Origin: Eubacteriales bacterium
GTDB lineage: Bacteria > Bacillota > Clostridia > Oscillospirales > CAG-272
DNA length: 64,000 nt
Assembly: GCA_051867915.1 (NCBI GenBank)
Contig: JBJDZJ010000191.1
Coordinates: 5,487-69,486 of the forward strand
Direction: 5' to 3'
How positions within the stretch are numbered: the stretch's first letter is position 1; the number at the start of each line of letters is the position of its first letter. Both the position numbers and the translations under genes were made by a program. The notes under the pieces are model-generated. The model did no database searches. It saw only the letters and a list, made by a program, of their open reading frames with translations, and was not told the DNA's origin. Positions 34,322 through 42,660 of the stretch are shown here, in pieces.

Positions 34322-35920
34322 TCATTCGCCGTCCAAAGCGGGAGCGATGGCGGCAATGAGCTGATCGTATGTTACCGATCCGGTGCGTCGGAAGATGATC
34401 TTGCCTTCCTGATCCACAATTACCGTGACGGGAAGGGCGTCCGACTTGCCGATCATCTCCAGAACGGTTTGATTCTCCGCCTGCGTCTGGGCAGTATCCA
34501 GAACGAATCCGACCTTCCAGTCACTCCAGCCCTTGTTCTCAATGAAAGCATCTACCGGCTCGGTGACCAGTCCGTGAATGGCGACCACCGTCAGATCGTC
34601 GGCAAATTCGCCGGAAAGCTGTTCAAAGTAGGGCAGTTCGTTGACGCAGGGACCGCACCAGGTCGCCCAGAAGTTGATGACCACGATCTTTCCCTGATGT
34701 TCCGACAGGATGAAATCGGGATCGCCGCCTGCGCCGGGCAGGTTGAAATCGGGACAGTAGTTGCCGACCTGATAGCCGTAGACCTTTTCGTTCTCGTCCG
34801 TATCGGTGGTCGGTGGCGTGACGGGATCGTCCGGCACGGTCTTTTCTCTGTCGTAGATGTTGTAGTACCAGAGTGCCGTCAGCAGGACCGCAACGGCAAG
34901 AACCCCGGAGACGATCTTCAAAATCATGCCTCTGCGTCGGATTTTGGCGTTGGTTTCGGCAATTTTTGCTTCATCGACGGCATTGTCTTCCGATTTCACC
35001 CCTGTGGCGGTTTCTGTGGGGATGAAATACTTGGAGCCGCTCCAGTGGATGGCCTTGGTGGGACAGACCGGAATACAGCCGCCGCAGTGGATGCACTCGT
35101 GATCGCCCACATGGCGGATGTCCATCTTGCAGGTGGTGACGCACAGTCCGCAGGAGACGCATTTGTCTTTATCCAGCTTGACGCCGATCAGCGCCAGCTT
35201 GCAGAAGAAGCCGTAAATGGCGCCCAGGGGACAGAAGAAACGGCAGAAGAATCGGAAAATGAAGATGCTTGCCACGATAAATCCCACCAGCAGACAGAAC
35301 TTCCAGGTGAACAGCGGTCCCAGCATGGGGAAGAGATCGGTATTGTTCTTGTTGGACAGCAGACCGATGGCACCTTCAAGGGTTCCGGCGGGGCAGATGT
35401 ATTTGCAGAATCCCGGCACCGCCAGCTTATCCATAAAGGCAAGCGGGATCATGATGACCAGCGCAACCAGAATCACATACTTGAAATAGGAGAAAATACG
35501 GGTGAATCGGTTCTTTTTCAGCTTGGGAGAGGGGATTTTGTGGAGCAGTTCCTGAATCAGCCCGAAGGGGCAGAGAAATCCGCAGATGGTCCGTCCCAGA
35601 AGCAGTCCGAAGAGGATGATGATACCGAAAACATAGGCGGGAAGCTTGGTGTTGGAGCTTGCCAGCGCATTCTGGAGGGCGCCCAGCGGGCAGGCACCCA
35701 CCGCTCCCGGGCAGGAATAACAGTTCAGACCCGGCAGGCAAAGGTATTTGGTGGAACCGGTGTAGATTTTCCCCGAGACGAAGCCTTTGAGATTGGCGTT
35801 GTACAGCATGGCGGCGTACAGCTGAATCAGCCGACGCTTGGTGGGCAGATAGCGGCGAATCCTGCCCTCTTTTTTTACTTGCTCCCCGGCTTGCGGGGTT
35901 TCTTTTTCAACGGTTTTCAT
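34322..35920 (-). CDS. Membrane polyferredoxin (NapH/NosR-like CX3CP motifs + 2x[4Fe-4S]) fused via a TM helix to a C-terminal TlpA-like thioredoxin domain (WCGPC)
   Basis: Motifs in order: CYSCPGAVGACP (res 67-78), CGFLCP (113-118), CKYICP (172-177), CRFFCP (226-231), CVSCGLCVTTC...CIHCGGCIPVCP (254-287). Then TM MILKIVSGVLAVAVLLTALWYY (332-353), and KIVVINFWATWCGPCVNELP (WCGPC at 34646-34660). Starts 18 nt after the upstream gene's stop. Confidence 0.85.
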   Translation of the reverse strand: MKTVEKETPQAGEQVKKEGRIRRYLPTKRRLIQLYAAMLYNANLKGFVSGKIYTGSTKYLCLPGLNCYSCPGAVGACPLGALQNALASSNTKLPAYVFGIIILFGLLLGRTICGFLCPFGLIQELLHKIPSPKLKKNRFTRIFSYFKYVILVALVIMIPLAFMDKLAVPGFCKYICPAGTLEGAIGLLSNKNNTDLFPMLGPLFTWKFCLLVGFIVASIFIFRFFCRFFCPLGAIYGFFCKLALIGVKLDKDKCVSCGLCVTTCKMDIRHVGDHECIHCGGCIPVCPTKAIHWSGSKYFIPTETATGVKSEDNAVDEAKIAETNAKIRRRGMILKIVSGVLAVAVLLTALWYYNIYDREKTVPDDPVTPPTTDTDENEKVYGYQVGNYCPDFNLPGAGGDPDFILSEHQGKIVVINFWATWCGPCVNELPYFEQLSGEFADDLTVVAIHGLVTEPVDAFIENKGWSDWKVGFVLDTAQTQAENQTVLEMIGKSDALPVTVIVDQEGKIIFRRTGSVTYDQLIAAIAPALDGE

Positions 35921-35938
35921 ATTCGACTTTCCCGCTCC

Positions 35939-36850
35939 TTATCCCAGACCGATACACTCGGTGCAGATGTTGGTTGCTTTTACGAACACATCCCGGACGC
36001 TCTCATTGAAGCATCCGAACAGAACCAGTCCCACGCCCACGCAAACAAGGGCAATTCGCAAAACAAAAATCCATTTTCGGCTGTTTGCAGGCTTTGAGAC
36101 GGCAACAGAGGATTTATCTCCGATCAGGGTCAGATGCTTTTCGATGTCGATGATCTTTTGAATCTGACGGTCCCGAAGGATTACATAGACGATCGCCGCC
36201 AGGAGCATTCCACCCACAAAGGGAAGGGAGAAGAGCGCCATTTTCACCACCTCGCCGTTGAGATCGGTGTTGGGAAAGTGGGAAAAATCCAGCAGGTAGC
36301 AGAAGGGGAAGAGGGCGAGAATCAGGCAGATCCCGGATGCGATCCCAAGAAGCAGTTTGGATTGCTTCAGCAGTCCGCGATGCTCGGACTGTGTAGCCGA
36401 AAATTCGGCTAAATTTTCGGCGTCTTTTTGATTGGCGGGAGCATTCGGAAGGCGCTTTGACAGCCGATCCCGGGTCATGTAGGCGGGGGTCTTCCTCCGC
36501 TTTTCGGGGACGGTCGGGCAGATCAGACTGTACACCATGCCGAAAAGGGTGACTGCCAGCCATAAAATCAGAACGGGGAGAACAAAGGCGAATTTTTCGG
36601 CGACGATCTCCCGACTGTAAATCTGGATACCGGCCTTGGCCTTGGAGACGGCAAGACGGGTCTGGGACTCATTCAGCCCCTGACGGATGGCTTCCTGCTC
36701 GGCGGCTTCTGCCGCCTGAACTCTTGCCTCGGTTCCTTCCCGATAGATGGAAGCGGTTTGAAAGATGAACAGGGCGCCCAGCGCCAGCGTCAGCAGAAGG
36801 AAGAGAAGATCATATGCCCACCGCAGCGGGCGTTTTCGGTTATCGGACAT
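35939..36850 (-). CDS. Five-TM membrane protein with C-terminal CxxC tail (...ATNICTECIGLG)
   Basis: The ATG at 36850 (MSDNRKRPLRW) lies 11 nt after AAAGGA. The GTG 9 nt upstream, used by the track, is too close to the RBS. Five hydrophobic helices. CTEC is encoded at 35954-35965. No family recognised. Confidence 0.7.
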   Translation of the reverse strand: MSDNRKRPLRWAYDLLFLLLTLALGALFIFQTASIYREGTEARVQAAEAAEQEAIRQGLNESQTRLAVSKAKAGIQIYSREIVAEKFAFVLPVLILWLAVTLFGMVYSLICPTVPEKRRKTPAYMTRDRLSKRLPNAPANQKDAENLAEFSATQSEHRGLLKQSKLLLGIASGICLILALFPFCYLLDFSHFPNTDLNGEVVKMALFSLPFVGGMLLAAIVYVILRDRQIQKIIDIEKHLTLIGDKSSVAVSKPANSRKWIFVLRIALVCVGVGLVLFGCFNESVRDVFVKATNICTECIGLG

Positions 36851-37028
36851 AATCCGCACCGTCCTTTCGGCATCTTTTTTGCAGAAGAGGTCAAAGACTC
36901 TGCATACGCATGTATTTTACCATAAACCGCCGCAAAAGTCAACTTGATTTTGCAAATTGCCCGAATAATTTGTTCCGAAGGGCATCTTTGCGAATACAGC
37001 GGATTTTCGGAAATTTTTTCAAAACCCA

Positions 37029-37057
37029 TTGACCGACCGGGAAAATGGGTGTATAAT
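37029..37057 (+). promoter_or_regulatory. Sigma-70 promoter of metY
   Basis: TTGACC (37029-37034), 17 nt, TATAAT (37052-37057). The ~45-nt leader contains the hairpin TCGGGAGA ggc TCTCCCGA. Confidence 0.7.
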
Positions 37058-37105
37058 ATAGAAAAACATCGGCGATCGGGAGAGGCTCTCCCGACGGAAA
37101 GGAAT

Positions 37106-38380
37106 ATGAATATGCAAGACGAAACCAAATGCCTTCATGCAGGCTACATGCCCAAAAACGGCGAACCCAGAGTCCTCCCCATCGTGCAGTCCACGACCTA
37201 TGTGTACGATTCCGCAGCTGAGGTTGCCGCCATTTTCGATGATCCCACCAAGGGACTGTGCTATTCCAGGTTCGGAAATCCCACGGTTATGGCGGTGGAG
37301 GAAAAGATCAACGCCCTGGAGGGCGGCGTGGGTGCCATGTGTACCACATCGGGTCAGGCGGCAACTCTATTGTCCATCCTGAACATCTGCAAGGCGGGCG
37401 ACAGCGTGATCTCTACTGCCGAAATTTACGGCGGAACCATCAATCTGCTCTCTTTCACTCTGAAGAAGCTGGGAATCGAGTGTATCTACATCGACAAACA
37501 TTCCACCGATGACGAAATCCGTGCTCGGTTCAAGGAGAACACCAAGCTGGTCTTCGGCGAGACCATCGCCAATCCCGCTCTGACTGTTTTCGACATCGAA
37601 CGCTTTGCCGGTATCGCTCATTCCATGGGCGTTCCTCTGATTATCGACAACACCTTCGCAACGCCCATTCTCTGTAAGCCCTTTGAGTTTGGCGCAGATA
37701 TAGTGATCCACTCCACCACCAAATACATGGACGGTCATGCACTGCAGGTGGGCGGCGTCATTGTGGACAGCGGCCGCTTCGATTGGACAAACGGTAAATT
37801 CCCCGAGTTGACCGAGCCGGACGAGTCCTATCACGGAATCTCTTACACGAAGGCTTACGGAAAAGCCGCCTATATTATCAAGGCGAGAATGCAGCTCATG
37901 CGGGATTTCGGGGTCTACCCCGCTGCCCATTCGGCATTCCTTTTGAATCTCGGTCTGGAAACCCTTCCGGTTCGGATGAAGCAGTACTGCGAAAATGCTT
38001 TGGCAGTGGCGAAATATCTGGAAAGTTCACCTGCCGTCCTGAAGGTGAACTATCCCGGTCTGGAGTCGGATGAAAACCATGCTCTGGCAGTAAAGTACCT
38101 GAAGGGATGCTCCGGCGTCATTTCCTTCATCATCAAGGGAGGCAGAACTGCCGCGGCGAAGTTCATGGATTCGCTTCATCTTGCCTCCAACGAGGTTCAT
38201 GTGGCGGATATCCGGACCTGTGTCCTTCATCCCGCAAGCGAGACCCACCGTCAGCTGACCGACGAACAGCTTGCCGCCGCAGGCATTGATGGCGGAATGG
38301 TCCGTTTCTCGGTGGGACTGGAGAATATCGAAGACATTCTTGCCGATCTGGAGGCTGCCCTCAAAGCCGTCGGCGAATAA
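37106..38380 (+). CDS. metY: O-acetylhomoserine aminocarboxypropyltransferase / sulfhydrylase (PLP-dependent, Cys/Met metabolism family)
   Basis: TKCLHAGY, VQSTTYVY, YSRFGNPT, and the PLP-lysine motif HSTTKYMDGH. The start is ATG 37106 or 37112, downstream of the mapped promoter. The track start at 36944 lies upstream of the promoter. Confidence 0.85.
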   Translation: MNMQDETKCLHAGYMPKNGEPRVLPIVQSTTYVYDSAAEVAAIFDDPTKGLCYSRFGNPTVMAVEEKINALEGGVGAMCTTSGQAATLLSILNICKAGDSVISTAEIYGGTINLLSFTLKKLGIECIYIDKHSTDDEIRARFKENTKLVFGETIANPALTVFDIERFAGIAHSMGVPLIIDNTFATPILCKPFEFGADIVIHSTTKYMDGHALQVGGVIVDSGRFDWTNGKFPELTEPDESYHGISYTKAYGKAAYIIKARMQLMRDFGVYPAAHSAFLLNLGLETLPVRMKQYCENALAVAKYLESSPAVLKVNYPGLESDENHALAVKYLKGCSGVISFIIKGGRTAAAKFMDSLHLASNEVHVADIRTCVLHPASETHRQLTDEQLAAAGIDGGMVRFSVGLENIEDILADLEAALKAVGE

Positions 38381-38436
38381 ACTGCAGACAGAGACGGATC
38401 GGCGCCGATTTCATGCGCTCTTGAAGCATACAGATG

Positions 38437-38478
38437 TAAAAAGACCGACACAAAACGCCGTTTGTGTCGGTCTTTTTT
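38437..38478. terminator. Bidirectional rho-independent terminator (metY / convergent lipoprotein gene)
   Basis: 14-bp stem AAGACCGACACAAA / TTTGTGTCGGTCTT, flanked by GTAAAA on the left and TTTTG on the right. Confidence 0.85.
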
Positions 38479-38500
38479 GAAATTGTCGGTCAGGGGAGAA

Positions 38501-39355
38501 TCAGTTTAGATTGGGAGCGGTTTCGCCCTCGTCCAGCAGTCTTGCCAGACCCCACAGACCGGGATCGCCGGAGCCGTCGATGGAGCAGTACCAGGACAGG
38601 CAACCCTTACGGACGCCGGACGCACCGCTGTCATTGTACTGATAGTCCAGATAAAGAATGGAGTGACCTTCCAGAGCTCCGTCGGTGAAGGTGTAGCAGA
38701 ACTCGATGAGCATTCCGTCATCGGTCATGGAGTAGGCGGACTGTGCTTTGGTATCCGCAAGCGTGTCGCCTCTTCTGGGGAGCATTTCCAGCTCTTTGTT
38801 GATCAGGGCGAACTGATACAGTCCGTTCGCATACTGAGCCATGTTGGTAATGGGATTGTAGGGATCCTCGCAGATGTAGAGATAGATGCCGTCGTTGTTG
38901 TAGTCGCCCAGAACGCCGTCCTGATAGATGTCTTCATCGGTGATCTCGAACAGGAAATAGATGGCGTTTTCGTCCCACATGGCGCTTGCCTTGACAAGAG
39001 TGGTGTCGGCGGGAGAGTCTTTCTTGACAATGTCAAGAACAACCGTTGCAGCATTGGCCCAGGATTCGTCTTTCGCGCCGTCAATAATGGCGTTTCCGTA
39101 GGGGATAAACAGATCAATGTCTTCGTCCGGGAAATCTACATCTTCGGAAGGATCGGAAATGGGATCGTCGTCTCCGTCGGAAGGGGCAGAGGACGGATCG
39201 TCGGTTGTGGTGGTGACAGAACCGGATGTTGTCGTACTGCTACTGCCGTTGCCGGTTGTTGTGGAGGATGTAACGGACTCGTTGCCTTGGTTGCACGCAG
39301 TCAGGGAAACAAGAAGTGCGGCAAGAAGAATGAAAGCAGAAATGTTCTTTTTCAT
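38501..39355 (-). CDS. Lipoprotein with S/T-rich linker and a CBM9-like (carbohydrate family 9 binding domain-like) domain
   Basis: Start MKKNISAFILLAALLVSLTAC after GAAAGAGG. GNAIIDGAKDESWANAATVVLDIVKKDS...ASAMWDENAIYFLFEITDEDIY matches my memory of the CBM9_1/DOMON-like pattern. Confidence 0.55.
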   Translation of the reverse strand: MKKNISAFILLAALLVSLTACNQGNESVTSSTTTGNGSSSTTTSGSVTTTTDDPSSAPSDGDDDPISDPSEDVDFPDEDIDLFIPYGNAIIDGAKDESWANAATVVLDIVKKDSPADTTLVKASAMWDENAIYFLFEITDEDIYQDGVLGDYNNDGIYLYICEDPYNPITNMAQYANGLYQFALINKELEMLPRRGDTLADTKAQSAYSMTDDGMLIEFCYTFTDGALEGHSILYLDYQYNDSGASGVRKGCLSWYCSIDGSGDPGLWGLARLLDEGETAPNLN

Positions 39356-39455
39356 AGGTTTACCTCTTTCTTTTGATTGTGGATGTTTGTTTTTCACCGT
39401 ATACTTGATTCCATTATAGTATTTTTGCGATTAAATGATAGAAAAATCGGATATT

Positions 39456-40100
39456 TCATCCGTTGAAAATGGAAGAATCGTCAAAATCCGATGGGGGATT
39501 GTCTTTGACTAGGATTTTGCTGTCGATGATGTCGGTGAAAAAGGTCTGAGCGTACTCGTGATACTTTGCCGTATCAATCTCCGAATTTCCGGACAGGATG
39601 GAGAAGATCAGATTGGAAAACCCGCCGGTGAGAAAGGCGGAGACGACGGAGATGGGATATTTGAAGGCGGTCAGTTGGCTCAGATTGTCCAGCAGTGCTT
39701 CCACCACCCTGTTGATGCTGTTCCGGACCAGCGTCAGACCGTAGAGATTGTTGCCCGATGCCAGCGAAATCAGAACATCCTTGTACCGGATGCACTCGGC
39801 AAATGAGGCGTCCGCCAGACGGACGCAGAAATTTACCGGATCGCCGGGAGCCGCTTCGCTTGGCTGTACCGATCCGATACATCCGTCGTAAATTTTTGCG
39901 GCGACGGTGTGAATGCAGTCCTCCAGCAGATCGTACTTGTCGGAATAGTATTTGTAGAAGGTCATTTTGTTGATCTGCGCCGTGGCGCAGATGTCCAGAA
40001 CCGATATTTTGTCGATGGGCTTATCCTGTAAAAGGTCCAAAAGAGCCTGCCTCAGATCCCGCATACTCCGAAGGATCCGTTTGTCCTTGTATTCCTGCAT
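39456..40100 (-). CDS. TetR/AcrR family transcriptional regulator
   Basis: N-terminal HTH ILRSMRDLRQALLDLLQDKPIDKISVLDICATAQINKMTFYKYYSDKYDL. Start MQEYKDK after GGAGG. Divergent from the MMPL gene. Confidence 0.8.
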   Translation of the reverse strand: MQEYKDKRILRSMRDLRQALLDLLQDKPIDKISVLDICATAQINKMTFYKYYSDKYDLLEDCIHTVAAKIYDGCIGSVQPSEAAPGDPVNFCVRLADASFAECIRYKDVLISLASGNNLYGLTLVRNSINRVVEALLDNLSQLTAFKYPISVVSAFLTGGFSNLIFSILSGNSEIDTAKYHEYAQTFFTDIIDSKILVKDNPPSDFDDSSIFNG

Positions 40101-40232
40101 TTTGTCTGACGCCTCCGTATCTCTTCCACTTTGGAGAGTGGGACAGTGGGACGGGTATTTTTTATTCCCGTTCAAATATTCGTAACAAGATAGCTCTTAA
40201 ATCCTTCATAATTATAGCATATAATAACACTG

Positions 40233-40261
40233 TTGTCAAGAAAATAATACGGTCATATAAG
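40233..40261 (+). promoter_or_regulatory. Candidate promoter of the MMPL / GLUG-protein operon
   Basis: TTGTCA (40233-40238), 17 nt, TATAAG (40256-40261), 30 nt upstream of the GTG start. Confidence 0.5.
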
Positions 40262-40290
40262 TAAATTTTGTATGAAGAGGAGATGAGAAA

Positions 40291-42660
40291 GTGGTCAGGC
40301 TTGCAAGGTTCATTGTGGATCACAAAAAGAGTATCCTGCTTTTGTTTGCGGTGCTGATGGTTCTCTGCGTTTTCGGAATGAGACTGGTGGAGATCGAATA
40401 CAGCATCACCGCCTATCTGCCTCAGGATACCGATACCCGTCGGGCGATCGACATCATGGACGAAGAGTTTGTCACTTACGGTACAGCCAAGGTGATGGTG
40501 CGCAATATCTCCTATGAGAAGGCGCTGGAGCTTCACGATCGGATCGAAGAGCTGGAGGGCGTCAAGAACTTCACCTTCTCCAATACGCCCGACTATTACA
40601 GTCAGTCCTCTGCGCTGTTTTCGGTGACATTTGAAGGAGACGAGGACGATCCCGCCTCTGCCGCAGCCTATGAGCAGATGATTGAAATGCTTTCGGGCTA
40701 CGATCTCCTGATCGAAAGCTCGCTGATTGATACATATGCCGAGGATCTTCAGAGCGATATCAACTTCGTTTTGGTGCTGGCGGTGATTGTCATCGTTGTC
40801 GTCCTGCTGTTCACATCTGCCAGCGTTGCCGATGTTCCCATTTTTCTTGCTACCTTTCTGGTTGCGGCGCTTCTCAACATGGGAACCAATTTCATCTTCG
40901 GAACGATTTCCTTCATATCCAATTCGGTCTGCTCGATTCTTCAGCTGGCTCTTGCCATTGATTACGCCATTATCCTGAGCCATCGCTTTGCCGAGGAAAA
41001 GGAACAGAACGGCGGAGACGCCCATGAAGCGATCATTCAGGCGCTGGCAAAGGCGATCCCCGAAATATCGGGTTCCTCCCTGACCACCATAGCAGGACTG
41101 CTCGCCCTTGCCACCATGACTCTGCGCCTGGGCGCCGATCTGGGTCTGGTGCTGGCAAAATCCATCGTCTGCTCCATGATCTCGGTGTTCCTGTTCATGC
41201 CTTGCATCATCGTGTCGGCATCGAAGCTGATCGACCGTCTGCGTCACCGCAATCTGGTACCCTCCATCCGTGCCGTGGGACGCTTCGACATTAAGATGCG
41301 GTACATCCTGCCGGTCGTCTTTCTGGCATTGGTGTCGGTCTGCACCGTACTGTCCTTCCGCAACGACTATGTTTACAGCACCAACAGCATCGACACCGAC
41401 CGACCGTCCGATTCACAGGTGGCAAAGCGGGAGATCGAACGGGTCTTCGGATACAGCAATCAGTTCGTTCTGCTGGTTCCCGGACAGGATTACGAACAGC
41501 AAAAGCAGATTCTGGATATGGTAGAGGCTCATGAGGAGATCGATCAGGCTCTGGGTCTTGCCAATACCGAGCTGACCCTGAACAATGAGACGGTCTATCT
41601 GACCGAACCTATCAATTATAAACGGTTTGCTTCCCTTTTGGTCATGGACGATGAGACGGCAGACTCCATTTACGCCGCATATGCCTTTTTCTCCATGGAG
41701 AACACCAAATCGGGACTTGAGGAGATGGCGGTCTACGAGGCCAACAAGAACATCTATACCGCATCCCTTCTGGAGCTTTGCGACTGTGCCTTCTCACATG
41801 ACGATTTCATTTCCGCCTATCTCTATGATGAGGATGACGCTCTTGAAAACTATCAGGATCTGCGGGATACGGTGCAGGATGCCGAGGATCAGCTGCTGGG
41901 TCCCAACTATTCCCGTCTGCTTTTCAACATCAACGGTCCTGTGGAAAGCAAGGAAACCTTTTCCCTGATCGAACAGCTTCTGACAGAGGTCAAGGATTTC
42001 TGCCCCGATTCCATCTTTGCGGGCGATTCCATGTCCTCCTATGATCTGAACGATTCCTTTGCATCGGACAATCTCAAGGTCAGCCTTCTGACTGCGCTGT
42101 TTGTCTTTGTCATTCTGATGTGTACCTTCCGCTCCTGGGGACTGCCCATTCCCTTGACGCTGACCATTCAGGGTGCGATTTTCATCAATTTCAGCTACTA
42201 TACCGTAACCGACACCAATCTGTATTTCTTTGTCTATCTGATTGTATCGGCAATCCAGATGGGTGCCACCATCGACTATGCCATCGTCATTACCAATCGT
42301 TATTCAGCCCTTCGAAGGGAGCAGGGACAGGAGCGCTTCCCGGCGATGATCGAGGCGATCAACGCCGCCTTCCCGACGGTTCTGACTTCGGGAACCATTC
42401 TGGCGGTGGCGGGATTTTTAATCGGCGGTGTCGTGCGGGATCCCCTGATCGCAACGCTGGGAACCTGTCTCGGACGCGGCGTGCTGATCTCCATTGCATC
42501 GGTGCTGTTGGTTTTGCCGACTCTGTTGGTCATCTTTGAACGGCCGCTGGAGAAAACCTATTTCAAGGAGAGAAAACGGTTGAAATTCGGGAAAATCACC
42601 CGAAAGGGCAGAAAAGCCCTGTCTGAAAATACAACGCAAGAGGGAGAGAATGTTTCATGA
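40291..42660 (+). CDS. MMPL/RND-superfamily membrane transporter (789 aa, 12 TM, two large external loops)
   Basis: MVRLARFIVDHKKSILLLFAVLMVLCVFG...AYLPQDTDTRRAIDIMDEEF, then a duplicated 6-TM + loop organisation. Paired with a divergent TetR gene, as is common for MMPL genes. Confidence 0.75.
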   Translation: MVRLARFIVDHKKSILLLFAVLMVLCVFGMRLVEIEYSITAYLPQDTDTRRAIDIMDEEFVTYGTAKVMVRNISYEKALELHDRIEELEGVKNFTFSNTPDYYSQSSALFSVTFEGDEDDPASAAAYEQMIEMLSGYDLLIESSLIDTYAEDLQSDINFVLVLAVIVIVVVLLFTSASVADVPIFLATFLVAALLNMGTNFIFGTISFISNSVCSILQLALAIDYAIILSHRFAEEKEQNGGDAHEAIIQALAKAIPEISGSSLTTIAGLLALATMTLRLGADLGLVLAKSIVCSMISVFLFMPCIIVSASKLIDRLRHRNLVPSIRAVGRFDIKMRYILPVVFLALVSVCTVLSFRNDYVYSTNSIDTDRPSDSQVAKREIERVFGYSNQFVLLVPGQDYEQQKQILDMVEAHEEIDQALGLANTELTLNNETVYLTEPINYKRFASLLVMDDETADSIYAAYAFFSMENTKSGLEEMAVYEANKNIYTASLLELCDCAFSHDDFISAYLYDEDDALENYQDLRDTVQDAEDQLLGPNYSRLLFNINGPVESKETFSLIEQLLTEVKDFCPDSIFAGDSMSSYDLNDSFASDNLKVSLLTALFVFVILMCTFRSWGLPIPLTLTIQGAIFINFSYYTVTDTNLYFFVYLIVSAIQMGATIDYAIVITNRYSALRREQGQERFPAMIEAINAAFPTVLTSGTILAVAGFLIGGVVRDPLIATLGTCLGRGVLISIASVLLVLPTLLVIFERPLEKTYFKERKRLKFGKITRKGRKALSENTTQEGENVS

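Noticed and set aside
34184-36097. 637-aa plus-strand ORF covering the polyferredoxin-Trx gene in antisense.
   Set aside because: The minus-strand frame contains ordered CX3CP, ferredoxin and WCGPC motifs plus TM helices. The plus-strand product has none, and it starts inside the bidirectional terminator region.
36944-37105. Two ideas: an N-terminal extension of metY in the ORF track, and an S-box/SAM riboswitch or T-box upstream of metY.
   Set aside because: A near-consensus promoter (TTGACC-17-TATAAT, 37029-37057) lies inside the extension. The transcript therefore starts at about 37064, and the leader is only ~45 nt with one small hairpin. That is too short for a SAM riboswitch (~100 nt) or a T-box (~200 nt), and none of their conserved boxes is visible.
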